A DNA stretch of 47,782 bases from an uncultured Gammaproteobacteria bacterium (lineage in GTDB: Bacteria; Patescibacteriota; Microgenomatia; UBA12405). The position numbers and the translations under genes were made by a program. The stretch covers positions 1 through 47,782 of the forward strand of contig CAZSCX010000002.1 of the NCBI GenBank assembly GCA_964605545.1, read 5' to 3'. Below the pieces are notes generated by a model. It did not search any database and was not told the DNA's origin. It worked only from the letters and a program-made list of their open reading frames with translations. Shown here in pieces: positions 23,630 to 31,211 of the stretch; the first letter of the stretch is position 1, and every line of letters begins with the position of its first letter.

Positions 23630-24640
23630 TTATTTTTTGGTTTTATCCTCTCCCTCTTTGCGACTGGTGATTTTTATTTCTAAATTGGTTAAAACACCGG
23701 CAAGATGGACATTTTCGCCACCAGAACCAATAGCCAAAGCTAATTGATTTTCGGGTACAGAAACTAGAGCAATCCCATCTTTAATACTTTCGATTTGAAT
23801 ATCGGAAGCCGGAGAAAGAGCAGAAATGATAAATTGATTTAAGTTTTTGGAATAAGGAATCACGTCAACTTTTTCCTCTTTGGGCAATTCATTTAAAATG
23901 GATTGGATGCGGCTACCTTTTTGGCCAATACAGGAACCAACCGGATCAACACCAGATTGGGTGGAAGTAACGGCAACTTTAGTTCTTTCACCTGGAGTAC
24001 GGGCAATTTTTTCGATACTGACTGCGCGATTACCAACTTCTGGAACTTCTCTAGCAAAAAGTTCTTTAATAAACTCATTATCACGACGAGAAAGAATAAT
24101 ATCACTGCGTCCAGTTTCTTCTTCCTTAATTATTTCTTTAAGCAAAAATAATTTTTTGACACCAAGAGGAATAATTTCACCCTTGATTTGCTCGTCTTTG
24201 GGACAAATAGCTTCTGTTTTTCCGATACCTACCGTTAATTTGTATGGATCGGAACGAAGTATAACACCGGAAATTAAATTACCGATTTTCTTTTGAAATT
24301 CGGCAATTAAAACACTTTTTTCGGCCTCGTGAATTTTTTGGTCAATTACTTGTTTGGCAGTTTGCGCAGCAATGCGACCAAAACCAGGAGGGGTAACATC
24401 TGTCTGTTTTTCCCCTTCTACTTTGAAAACCTTGAAAGAACCACTTGTAGGAGATAATTCAACTGTGAATTGGTCTTCTTCGGGAACGATAATACCATGT
24501 TCTTTTTGGTCTCTTTTGTAAGCAGAAATTAAACCGGCATCAATAGAATCCAAAATTAATTGAGGATCGATATTTCTTTCGCCAGCAATTTGAGCCACTG
24601 CTTGGGCAAATTCTGTTTTTGGTAACTTTTTAATATCCAT
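23630..24640 (-). CDS. nusA: Transcription termination/antitermination factor NusA (336 aa; no C-terminal acidic repeats)
   Basis: NTD, S1 and two KH domains: GNRAVSIEKIARTPGERTKVAV, DPVGSCIGQKGSRIQ, LAIGSGGENVHLA. Confidence 0.93.
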   Translation of the reverse strand: MDIKKLPKTEFAQAVAQIAGERNIDPQLILDSIDAGLISAYKRDQKEHGIIVPEEDQFTVELSPTSGSFKVFKVEGEKQTDVTPPGFGRIAAQTAKQVIDQKIHEAEKSVLIAEFQKKIGNLISGVILRSDPYKLTVGIGKTEAICPKDEQIKGEIIPLGVKKLFLLKEIIKEEETGRSDIILSRRDNEFIKELFAREVPEVGNRAVSIEKIARTPGERTKVAVTSTQSGVDPVGSCIGQKGSRIQSILNELPKEEKVDVIPYSKNLNQFIISALSPASDIQIESIKDGIALVSVPENQLALAIGSGGENVHLAGVLTNLEIKITSRKEGEDKTKK

Positions 24641-24657
24641 AATATTAATAATCTTTC

Positions 24658-24684
24658 AAAAAAAATGGAGACTTATCGTCCCCA
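24658..24684 (-). terminator. Rho-independent terminator-like hairpin plus U-tract, downstream of dnaJ and inside the nusA leader
   Basis: The minus-strand RNA is UGGGGAC-gauaa-GUCUCCA followed by 8 U (plus-strand A-run 24658-24665). The stem needs one G-U pair, which forms only in the minus-strand transcript. Confidence 0.55.
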
Positions 24685-24726
24685 CCTCTTTGAACTTAAA
24701 TTGTGATTAATTTATATAATGTAAGT

Positions 24727-24735
24727 ATTATACCA
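24727..24735 (-). promoter_or_regulatory. Extended -10 promoter TGgTATAAT upstream of the nusA leader
   Basis: The minus strand reads tcggTGgTATAATactt, between the dnaJ stop (24749) and the terminator hairpin. Confidence 0.4.
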
Positions 24736-24748
24736 CCGATTTGGGAAA

Positions 24749-25609
24749 TTAAAAATCTTTGAGGATCTGTTTTTGGTGAAAAGTCAGGTTGGTAGGAATT
24801 AAAACATTGAGACGGATATAGAAATCACCTCGACCTAGGCCATGAAGATTCTTTATACCTTTGCCTTTGAGTCGAATTAAAGTATTAGCTTGCGTGCCTG
24901 GTTGAACCCGGACTTGAAGAGGTTCGTCAAGAGTGGGTACTTTTATAATATCGCCTAAAATTGCCTGTTTAATGGTAATATCGTAGGTAACATATACATC
25001 ATTACCATCTCTTTTGAAGGTTTTATCGGGTTCTACATCCACATAAAGAATAAAATCGGAAAAACGAATCCGTTGACCATCGTCTACCCCACCAGGTATT
25101 TTGACAGTTTTAGTTTTACCGGCAACTTTGATTGTTTTTTCGACTCCATTGGCAGCTTCTAAAAAGCTTAATTTAATTTTGTAGGTTTCAAGACGTTGTT
25201 GTTGACGGGCATTGCCAGGATTAAATTGACCTCCGAAGAACTGTTCAAAAATATCAAAAGGGTTGGAAAATCCGCCAAAATCGAAATCAGCATTGTTGCC
25301 GAAAGGATTTTGACCACTGGAAGTCCAAGTATAGTGAAAAGGACCATTTTGTTGGGTATAAGTATGACCACCCATACCACCATAACTGGGATCAAAAGCG
25401 GCGTGACCGTAATTATCATAGGCGGATCTTTTGTCTTGATTACTTAAGACTTCATAGGCTTCGTTGATTTCTTTGAATTTTTCCTCAGCATCAGGTTCTT
25501 TATTTCGATCAGGGTGATATTTCATCGCCATCTTGCGATAGGCCGACTTGATGTCGGCCTGACTCGCAGATTTATTTACACCTAATGTTTCGTAAAAATC
25601 TTTTTTCAT
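24749..25609 (-). CDS. dnaJ: J-domain co-chaperone, DnaJ/CbpA type, without the Cys-rich zinc-finger domain
   Basis: J domain DFYETLGV...YHPDRNK, a G/F-rich region and C-terminal substrate-binding domains. No CxxCxGxG repeats are present. Confidence 0.88.
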   Translation of the reverse strand: MKKDFYETLGVNKSASQADIKSAYRKMAMKYHPDRNKEPDAEEKFKEINEAYEVLSNQDKRSAYDNYGHAAFDPSYGGMGGHTYTQQNGPFHYTWTSSGQNPFGNNADFDFGGFSNPFDIFEQFFGGQFNPGNARQQQRLETYKIKLSFLEAANGVEKTIKVAGKTKTVKIPGGVDDGQRIRFSDFILYVDVEPDKTFKRDGNDVYVTYDITIKQAILGDIIKVPTLDEPLQVRVQPGTQANTLIRLKGKGIKNLHGLGRGDFYIRLNVLIPTNLTFHQKQILKDF

Positions 25610-25615
25610 TGAAGA

Positions 25616-27508
25616 TTAATTGACAATTTCGCCTTCCTCGGCTTTTTTATCCTCTTTTGGAGTTTCCTCTTTTTGAGGTTCTTCACCAGTAGGTGGAGGA
25701 GTTTGCTGTTGACCATAGACAGCCTGGCCAACTGTTTGCAAAATTTGTCCTAATTCTTCGGACATTTTGTCGAACTGATCTTTATTGACTTCGGGTTTTG
25801 TCAATAATTCTTTAGCTTCTTTAATTTTGTCTTCAATTTTACCCTTATCATCCGGTTTAATTTTTTCGGCAAATTCTTTTAAAGTTTTTTCACCGGAGAA
25901 AATAGTAGCATCAAGACGATTTTTACTTTCAGCCAGAGTACGTTTTTCCTCGTCTTCCCGAGCATGAGCATCGGCTTCTTTTTTCATTTGCTCGACTTCT
26001 TCTTTGGAAAGATTGGTAGCATTTTGAATAGTAATTTTTTGCTCTTTATTGGTACCTTTGTCTTTGGCAGAAACAGAGAGAATACCATTACTATCAATAT
26101 CGAAAGTAACTTCGATTTGAGGAACTCCACGAGGTGCGGGAGCAATACCATCTAAAATAAAGCGACCAAGAGATTTGTTGTCGGCAGCCATAGGACGTTC
26201 TCCTTGTAAGACATTTATTTCTACCTGAGGCTGATTATCGGAATAGGTAGTAAATATTTGTGATTTCTTTGTAGGTACAGTTGTATTTCGTTCTATCAAA
26301 GGAGTACGGACACCACCGGCTGTTTCGATACCAAGAGTTAAAGGAGTGACGTCGAGTAAGACGATATCTTTTACTTCACCGGTTAAAACAGCACCTTGGA
26401 TAGCGGCACCGATAGCAACAACTTCGTCGGGATTTACGGTAGTATCCAAGTCTTTACCAAAGAAGTTTTTGACCACTTCCTGGACTTTTGGCATACGAGT
26501 CATGCCTCCGACCATGATAACGTCGGTAATATCGGATTTACTAAGCTTGGCATCTTTGAGACATTTTTCTACCGGAGCGATAGTTTTTTGAATCAAATCG
26601 TCGACTAATTTTTCCATTTCGGCCCGAGTTAATTTGGCAGTTAAATGGAGCGGTTGACCATCTTTTGAAGTAATGAATGGTAAATTAATATCAGTTTCAA
26701 CTGAATTACTTAATTCAATTTTGGCTTTCTCGGCAGCTTCACGAACGCGCTGTAAAGCTTGTGGATCTTTGGAAAGATCGACACCGTTTTGTTTCTGAAA
26801 ATCATCAACCATCCAAGATATAATTTTTTGATCAAAATCATCTCCGCCAAGGAAGGTGTCACCGTTAGTAGCTTTAACTTCAAAAACACCATCGCCGATT
26901 TCCAAAATAGAGATATCAAAAGTACCTCCACCCAAATCGTAAACGGCAATCATACCTGATTTCTTTTTATCTAAACCATAGGCTAAAGCAGCAGCGGTTG
27001 GTTCATTAATGATACGTTCAACTTTAAGTCCGGCAATTTCTCCGGCTTGTTTGGTAGCTTGGCGTTGAGAATCATCAAAATAAGCAGGGACAGTAATGAC
27101 GGCTGATTCTACTTTTTCGCCTAAATACTTCTCAGCGTCGGTTTTGGCTTTCTGTAAGATCATGGCAGATATTTCCTGAGGAGTGTAAGTCTTACCGGCA
27201 ATTTCGACTGAAGCCAAATTGTCTTTGCCAGCAATGATTTTATAAGGAGCAACTTTTTGGGTCTTTTTGACTTCGGCATCGTTGATACCACGACCCATAA
27301 GACGTTTAACCGAATAGACCGTGTTTTGGGAATTTAACACCATTTGTCTTTTGGCTAAATCACCGACTAATTTTTTAACTGGCTCGACCACAGAAGGAAT
27401 AACATTGCGACCTTCTGAGGTAATGATGACTTTGGGACGACCGGCTTCCATAACAGCAACACAGGAGTTGGTAGTGCCCAAATCAATTCCGATTATTTTG
27501 TTTGACAT
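25616..27508 (-). CDS. dnaK: Molecular chaperone DnaK (Hsp70)
   Basis: [33 protein letters not shown]; 630 aa. Confidence 0.97.
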   Translation of the reverse strand: MSNKIIGIDLGTTNSCVAVMEAGRPKVIITSEGRNVIPSVVEPVKKLVGDLAKRQMVLNSQNTVYSVKRLMGRGINDAEVKKTQKVAPYKIIAGKDNLASVEIAGKTYTPQEISAMILQKAKTDAEKYLGEKVESAVITVPAYFDDSQRQATKQAGEIAGLKVERIINEPTAAALAYGLDKKKSGMIAVYDLGGGTFDISILEIGDGVFEVKATNGDTFLGGDDFDQKIISWMVDDFQKQNGVDLSKDPQALQRVREAAEKAKIELSNSVETDINLPFITSKDGQPLHLTAKLTRAEMEKLVDDLIQKTIAPVEKCLKDAKLSKSDITDVIMVGGMTRMPKVQEVVKNFFGKDLDTTVNPDEVVAIGAAIQGAVLTGEVKDIVLLDVTPLTLGIETAGGVRTPLIERNTTVPTKKSQIFTTYSDNQPQVEINVLQGERPMAADNKSLGRFILDGIAPAPRGVPQIEVTFDIDSNGILSVSAKDKGTNKEQKITIQNATNLSKEEVEQMKKEADAHAREDEEKRTLAESKNRLDATIFSGEKTLKEFAEKIKPDDKGKIEDKIKEAKELLTKPEVNKDQFDKMSEELGQILQTVGQAVYGQQQTPPPTGEEPQKEETPKEDKKAEEGEIVN

Positions 27509-27512
27509 AATT

Positions 27513-27947
27513 TTAATTTTTTCCTACGACCACTTGGGCGGGTCGAAGGCATTCTCCATTTAATATATAACCTTTTTTACTAACGGATATGACCGAATCT
27601 TGTTTGCCTGGAGCGACGTTGACACAATCCATTATTTTTGGATCAAATTCCTTGCCTTGAGCATCGATCTCATCAAGTCCTTCGGTTTTGAGGACATTTT
27701 TTAGTTTATCTAAGGCCATAGAAAGGCCAGGGTCTTTGAGATGATCGGCGGCAAGATTTAAGTCGTCGAGGGCATCAATAATTTTGGTCATAATTGAAGC
27801 AGAAGCGAGAGTGGCAAAAAATTGACGTTGGGACTCAATGCGTTTTTCCAGATTGCTATAATCAGCTAAAGTTCTGGCTAATTTGTCTTCGAGTTCAGAG
27901 ATTTTTTGCACTTCTAAGGATAATTTTTTAGATTTTTTTTGAGTCAT
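27513..27947 (-). CDS. grpE: Nucleotide exchange factor GrpE (short, 144 aa)
   Basis: Coiled-coil N-terminus and C-terminal beta domain ([16 protein letters not shown]). Its position between hrcA and dnaK is canonical. Confidence 0.9.
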   Translation of the reverse strand: MTQKKSKKLSLEVQKISELEDKLARTLADYSNLEKRIESQRQFFATLASASIMTKIIDALDDLNLAADHLKDPGLSMALDKLKNVLKTEGLDEIDAQGKEFDPKIMDCVNVAPGKQDSVISVSKKGYILNGECLRPAQVVVGKN

Positions 27948-27954
27948 AAAAAGA

Positions 27955-28695
27955 TTAACGAGTAATGGTTGAAATTAGATCGGCAAAATAGTCGATCATA
28001 GGAATAATGTTGGGATAGTGAAAACGAGCGGGGCCAAGAACTCCTAAGATTCCCCGATGAGGACCAGCTTGATAAGTTTGATATACAAAACCACAGGGCT
28101 CTAAATGTTCCATACCCAAATCTTCACCAATTAATAGATGAACTAGTTGTTTTTCACCAACTTCAGGAATGGCATTGCTTTTATTGATAATGTCAAACCA
28201 AAATTTATTGTTATCGATTAAAGATAAAACCGTTTTGGTGACATCGATATTAAAAAATTCGGGTTCTTCAAGTAAATTTGAAGCACCATAGGAATAGATG
28301 GCACCCTGATCAGTAGTGGCCAAGGCACAAGAACGAGTTCTGGTAGCTAATTCTTTGGTAGCTTCTTTAAGTAATTTTTCGAATTCATTGCGATAATCCC
28401 AAACCCTTTCTTTAACACCAATTTCCTCGGAGGCAGTGAGATTTTTGGGAGCCATTAAATTACGGACATAGTATTTCAAACCCATAGAAGTAGGACAACG
28501 ACCGGCAGAAAGATGGCTCTTTTTTAGGTACCCAAGCTGGGTTAAGGCGGCCATTTCGTTTCTTATTGTTGCCGAAGAGATACCCAAGGAGTATTTTTTT
28601 TCCAAAGTTTCCGAACCAACCGGAGAAGCAGTTTCAATAAATTCTTCGGTAATACATTTTAAAATTTTGATCTGGCGCTGAGTTAAATCAGTCAT
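27955..28695 (-). CDS. hrcA: Heat-inducible transcription repressor HrcA (short, 246 aa)
   Basis: LTQRQIKILKCITEEFIETASPVGSETLEKKY...SSATIRNEMAALTQLGYL is the typical HrcA winged-helix N-terminus. It is the first gene of the hrcA-grpE-dnaK-dnaJ cluster. Confidence 0.88.
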   Translation of the reverse strand: MTDLTQRQIKILKCITEEFIETASPVGSETLEKKYSLGISSATIRNEMAALTQLGYLKKSHLSAGRCPTSMGLKYYVRNLMAPKNLTASEEIGVKERVWDYRNEFEKLLKEATKELATRTRSCALATTDQGAIYSYGASNLLEEPEFFNIDVTKTVLSLIDNNKFWFDIINKSNAIPEVGEKQLVHLLIGEDLGMEHLEPCGFVYQTYQAGPHRGILGVLGPARFHYPNIIPMIDYFADLISTITR

Positions 28696-28696
28696 A

Positions 28697-28723
28697 TTAG
28701 CACTATAATAGCGTGTCTGCTAA
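28697..28723. promoter_or_regulatory. CIRCE-like inverted repeat (HrcA operator)
   Basis: The plus strand reads TTAGCACTA-N9-GTCTGCTAA against the consensus TTAGCACTC-N9-GAGTGCTAA, matching 8/9 and 7/9. It ends 1 nt from the hrcA ATG and overlaps the rmuC stop codon. Confidence 0.6.
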
Positions 28724-28733
28724 TTACTGTCAA
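28705..28733 (-). promoter_or_regulatory. Promoter TTGACA-N17-TATTAT for hrcA; the ATG is 9 nt after the -10
   Basis: The minus strand reads TTGACA (28733-28728), a 17-nt spacer, TATTAT (28710-28705), agtgctaat, then ATG (28695). The CIRCE repeat covers the spacer, the -10 box and the start region. Confidence 0.55.
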
Positions 28734-29802
28734 GGGGTAAATGCTTGGTAGTGCTCTCTAACTTTATTTTATCGATACATCGGAGTAATTTATGAGTTCT
28801 GGTAGTATTTACTTCACCATATTGTTTTGTGACGGATTCAATTTTGGCACCTAGTTTTTCAAATTCTTCATTGTATTTGCCAAATTCGTTTTCGAATGTC
28901 TTGATATAACCGATTATTGACTGAATATTTTGTTTGAAGCGGAAATTGTCATAACTTTGATAAACCATTCGAAGAATGGCGGTAAAACTAAATGGGCCGG
29001 CGAAAATAACCTTTTTATTTAGAGCTTCTTCCCAAATATCGGACATCTTGTCATATATAAAACTAAAAATCATTTCGTTTGGAATAAATAAAATAACAAA
29101 ATCAACGGTATTGTCCTCTGGATTTATATAATCACGGCTGGTAACTTGCTTGATTTTATTTTTTACATCCTGTTCAAATAACTTTAGGTGTTCACGACGC
29201 TCCGATGCCGAAGTGGATTCGGTGAGTTTTTGAAGATTACTGTAAGGAAATTTGGCATCAACATTTATTTTTGTACCATCTGGTAATTTAATCGTAAAAT
29301 CGGGACGGGTATCATTTTCTCCCTGAGCCTTGTTGTAATCATACTGAACACCACGGACAAAACCGGACATTTTTAGTAAGTCTTCGGCAACTTTTTCGCC
29401 AAAAGCACCGCGTAATTGATTATTGCTCAAGACTTTTTTGAGACCTTCGGTGGTGATGGATAATTCTTGAGTTATTTTTTTGTACTCATCCAAAGACGTT
29501 TTGAGTGATTCAAAATTCCCTATTCGTTGATTTTCGGCTGTTTCCAATTTTTTTTGATTTTTTTCCAATTCAACTTTGACTTGTTTGACCAGATCTTCGA
29601 TAGCCGTTTTTTTGTTGGAAAGATCGGTGCCAATTTTTTGGTCAGCGAGAATAATCAATTGCTCGTTGGCGCTTTTGAGAATTTCGGGAAAAACAGCTTT
29701 CAGTTTTTGGCTCAATTCTTCTTTGTTTTCTTTTTTGGATTTAAGAATAAGAAAAATCAGAGCGACAAGGATACAGACTAATAGAATGTAAACAAGAACC
29801 AT
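28720..29802 (-). CDS. rmuC: DNA recombination protein RmuC
   Basis: N-terminal TM segment, long coiled coil, and a C-terminal RmuC nuclease-like core (RPDFTIKLPDGTKINVDAKFP, DFVILFIPNEMIF). Confidence 0.85.
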   Translation of the reverse strand: MVLVYILLVCILVALIFLILKSKKENKEELSQKLKAVFPEILKSANEQLIILADQKIGTDLSNKKTAIEDLVKQVKVELEKNQKKLETAENQRIGNFESLKTSLDEYKKITQELSITTEGLKKVLSNNQLRGAFGEKVAEDLLKMSGFVRGVQYDYNKAQGENDTRPDFTIKLPDGTKINVDAKFPYSNLQKLTESTSASERREHLKLFEQDVKNKIKQVTSRDYINPEDNTVDFVILFIPNEMIFSFIYDKMSDIWEEALNKKVIFAGPFSFTAILRMVYQSYDNFRFKQNIQSIIGYIKTFENEFGKYNEEFEKLGAKIESVTKQYGEVNTTRTHKLLRCIDKIKLESTTKHLPLDSN

Positions 29803-29808
29803 ATGTTG

Positions 29809-29814
29809 ATTATA
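29809..29814 (-). promoter_or_regulatory. Putative -10 box TATAAT, 6 nt upstream of the rmuC ATG
   Basis: The minus strand reads ttacttTATAATcaacatATG in the 18-nt gap. Confidence 0.35.
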
Positions 29815-29820
29815 AAGTAA

Positions 29821-30762
29821 TTATTTATTTAATTTACTTATCACTTTTGATAAACGGGAAACATGATCGGGAATACTACCAGGGACAATACTGACTCCCG
29901 ATGATTCAAAGTCTTCTTTGTTCTTTCTAATTAGTGCAAAAGAAGCTGTTTCGGTGGGATTAAGTTTTCTAATGGGGTAATAAAGATTGTCGGAATGAAC
30001 TATCTCTGAGTTTAAACTTATTTCATTTAAATAAACATTTTGTTTGCCTGAATCAAATTTTTTAGCTACGGATTCAATCGCATCAGAACCTCCTCTAACA
30101 TAGCAATCATGTTCACCATCATTAATAATTCCTAATTTATATCTGGCCATGTGATTGGTAGGATTAAGTTTTTCATTTGTTTTGGTAAGCCAGGTAATAA
30201 CGGCTTCTGGACTGTCTTGAACTTCGGCATAATTTAAAAAGTTATCAATTAAACGAAATTCGCCATTGGTAGTGTCATAAACACCTAATTTTATTTTCCC
30301 GTCGATTATATAATTCGCATCATCTTTTTTTATATCAAGGAGGGCAATGGTGTCGGGAAGAAGTAAGGTGCCATTTTCGAAAGGCTTTAATTGTTCTTCA
30401 CCTACCCTTCTATATACTTCATTTGATAGAGCTCCTAAAGCATAAAGATCAAGGCCAACATTGCCGGTATCAATAATTTGTTTCTCCTCAATGATCTTTT
30501 TTTGAATTTCTATTAATTCATTGGTTTCATTCTTTATCCTTTTTGCATCTTCAGTTTCAAATTTTCTTCTTGCTTCTTCGTCCATACCGACAGATTTATA
30601 AGCTTGGCCTAAACCAACGAGGGTAGCTAAGGTAGCAATACTGGCAGCAATTTTTTGAGCTGGCGTCCATTTATGTTGTTCTTTTGATCCCGATTTTTGC
30701 TGTTCCTCGGAAACCCCCATGTCTTTTGAGCTGGGTGATATATCTGGAATTTGTAGTGGCAT
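29821..30762 (-). CDS. Hypothetical 313-aa protein (weak N-terminal hydrophobic anchor, coiled coil, globular C-domain)
   Basis: Long ORF tightly packed between dut (5-nt gap) and rmuC. It has the hydrophobic stretch IAASIATLATLVGLG followed by a charged helix. I recognise no family. Confidence 0.75.
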   Translation of the reverse strand: MPLQIPDISPSSKDMGVSEEQQKSGSKEQHKWTPAQKIAASIATLATLVGLGQAYKSVGMDEEARRKFETEDAKRIKNETNELIEIQKKIIEEKQIIDTGNVGLDLYALGALSNEVYRRVGEEQLKPFENGTLLLPDTIALLDIKKDDANYIIDGKIKLGVYDTTNGEFRLIDNFLNYAEVQDSPEAVITWLTKTNEKLNPTNHMARYKLGIINDGEHDCYVRGGSDAIESVAKKFDSGKQNVYLNEISLNSEIVHSDNLYYPIRKLNPTETASFALIRKNKEDFESSGVSIVPGSIPDHVSRLSKVISKLNK

Positions 30763-30767
30763 ATGAA

Positions 30768-31211
30768 TTATTTTACCCCAGTGGAACCCATTCCGCCACG
30801 GTTGGGATGGTGTTTAAAATTTTTTAATTCTTTAATATTAAAAATGTTATTTTTAATAAGCATAATTTGGCAGATGCGAGTGGCTTTTTCGATATGAACC
30901 GGATGGTCGGTGTAGTTGTAAGCAACAAAATGATATTCATCATTGTCGCCACAATAATCACGGTCGTAGACTCCAACACCATTTGCGGCCATTAAGCCTA
31001 ATTTGGAAGTTGAACTACGAGCAAATTGTAGAATAGCGTAACCTGCCGGTATTTCTATGGCTACATTGAGAGGAATAGGAAATATACTATGAGGGGGAAT
31101 ATCGACATCGATACGAGTATACATATCGGCGGCGACAGCACCACTGGTTTTAAAAACCGGTAAAGGGATGGTTTTGTCAAACCTTTTGAAATTGATGGAT
31201 ATGGTTTTCAT
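30768..31211 (-). CDS. dut: dUTP diphosphatase (trimeric dUTPase)
   Basis: PVFKTSGAVAADMY, GVGVYDRDYCG (motif 3), and the C-terminal RGGMGSTG (motif 5). Confidence 0.9.
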   Translation of the reverse strand: MKTISINFKRFDKTIPLPVFKTSGAVAADMYTRIDVDIPPHSIFPIPLNVAIEIPAGYAILQFARSSTSKLGLMAANGVGVYDRDYCGDNDEYHFVAYNYTDHPVHIEKATRICQIMLIKNNIFNIKELKNFKHHPNRGGMGSTGVK

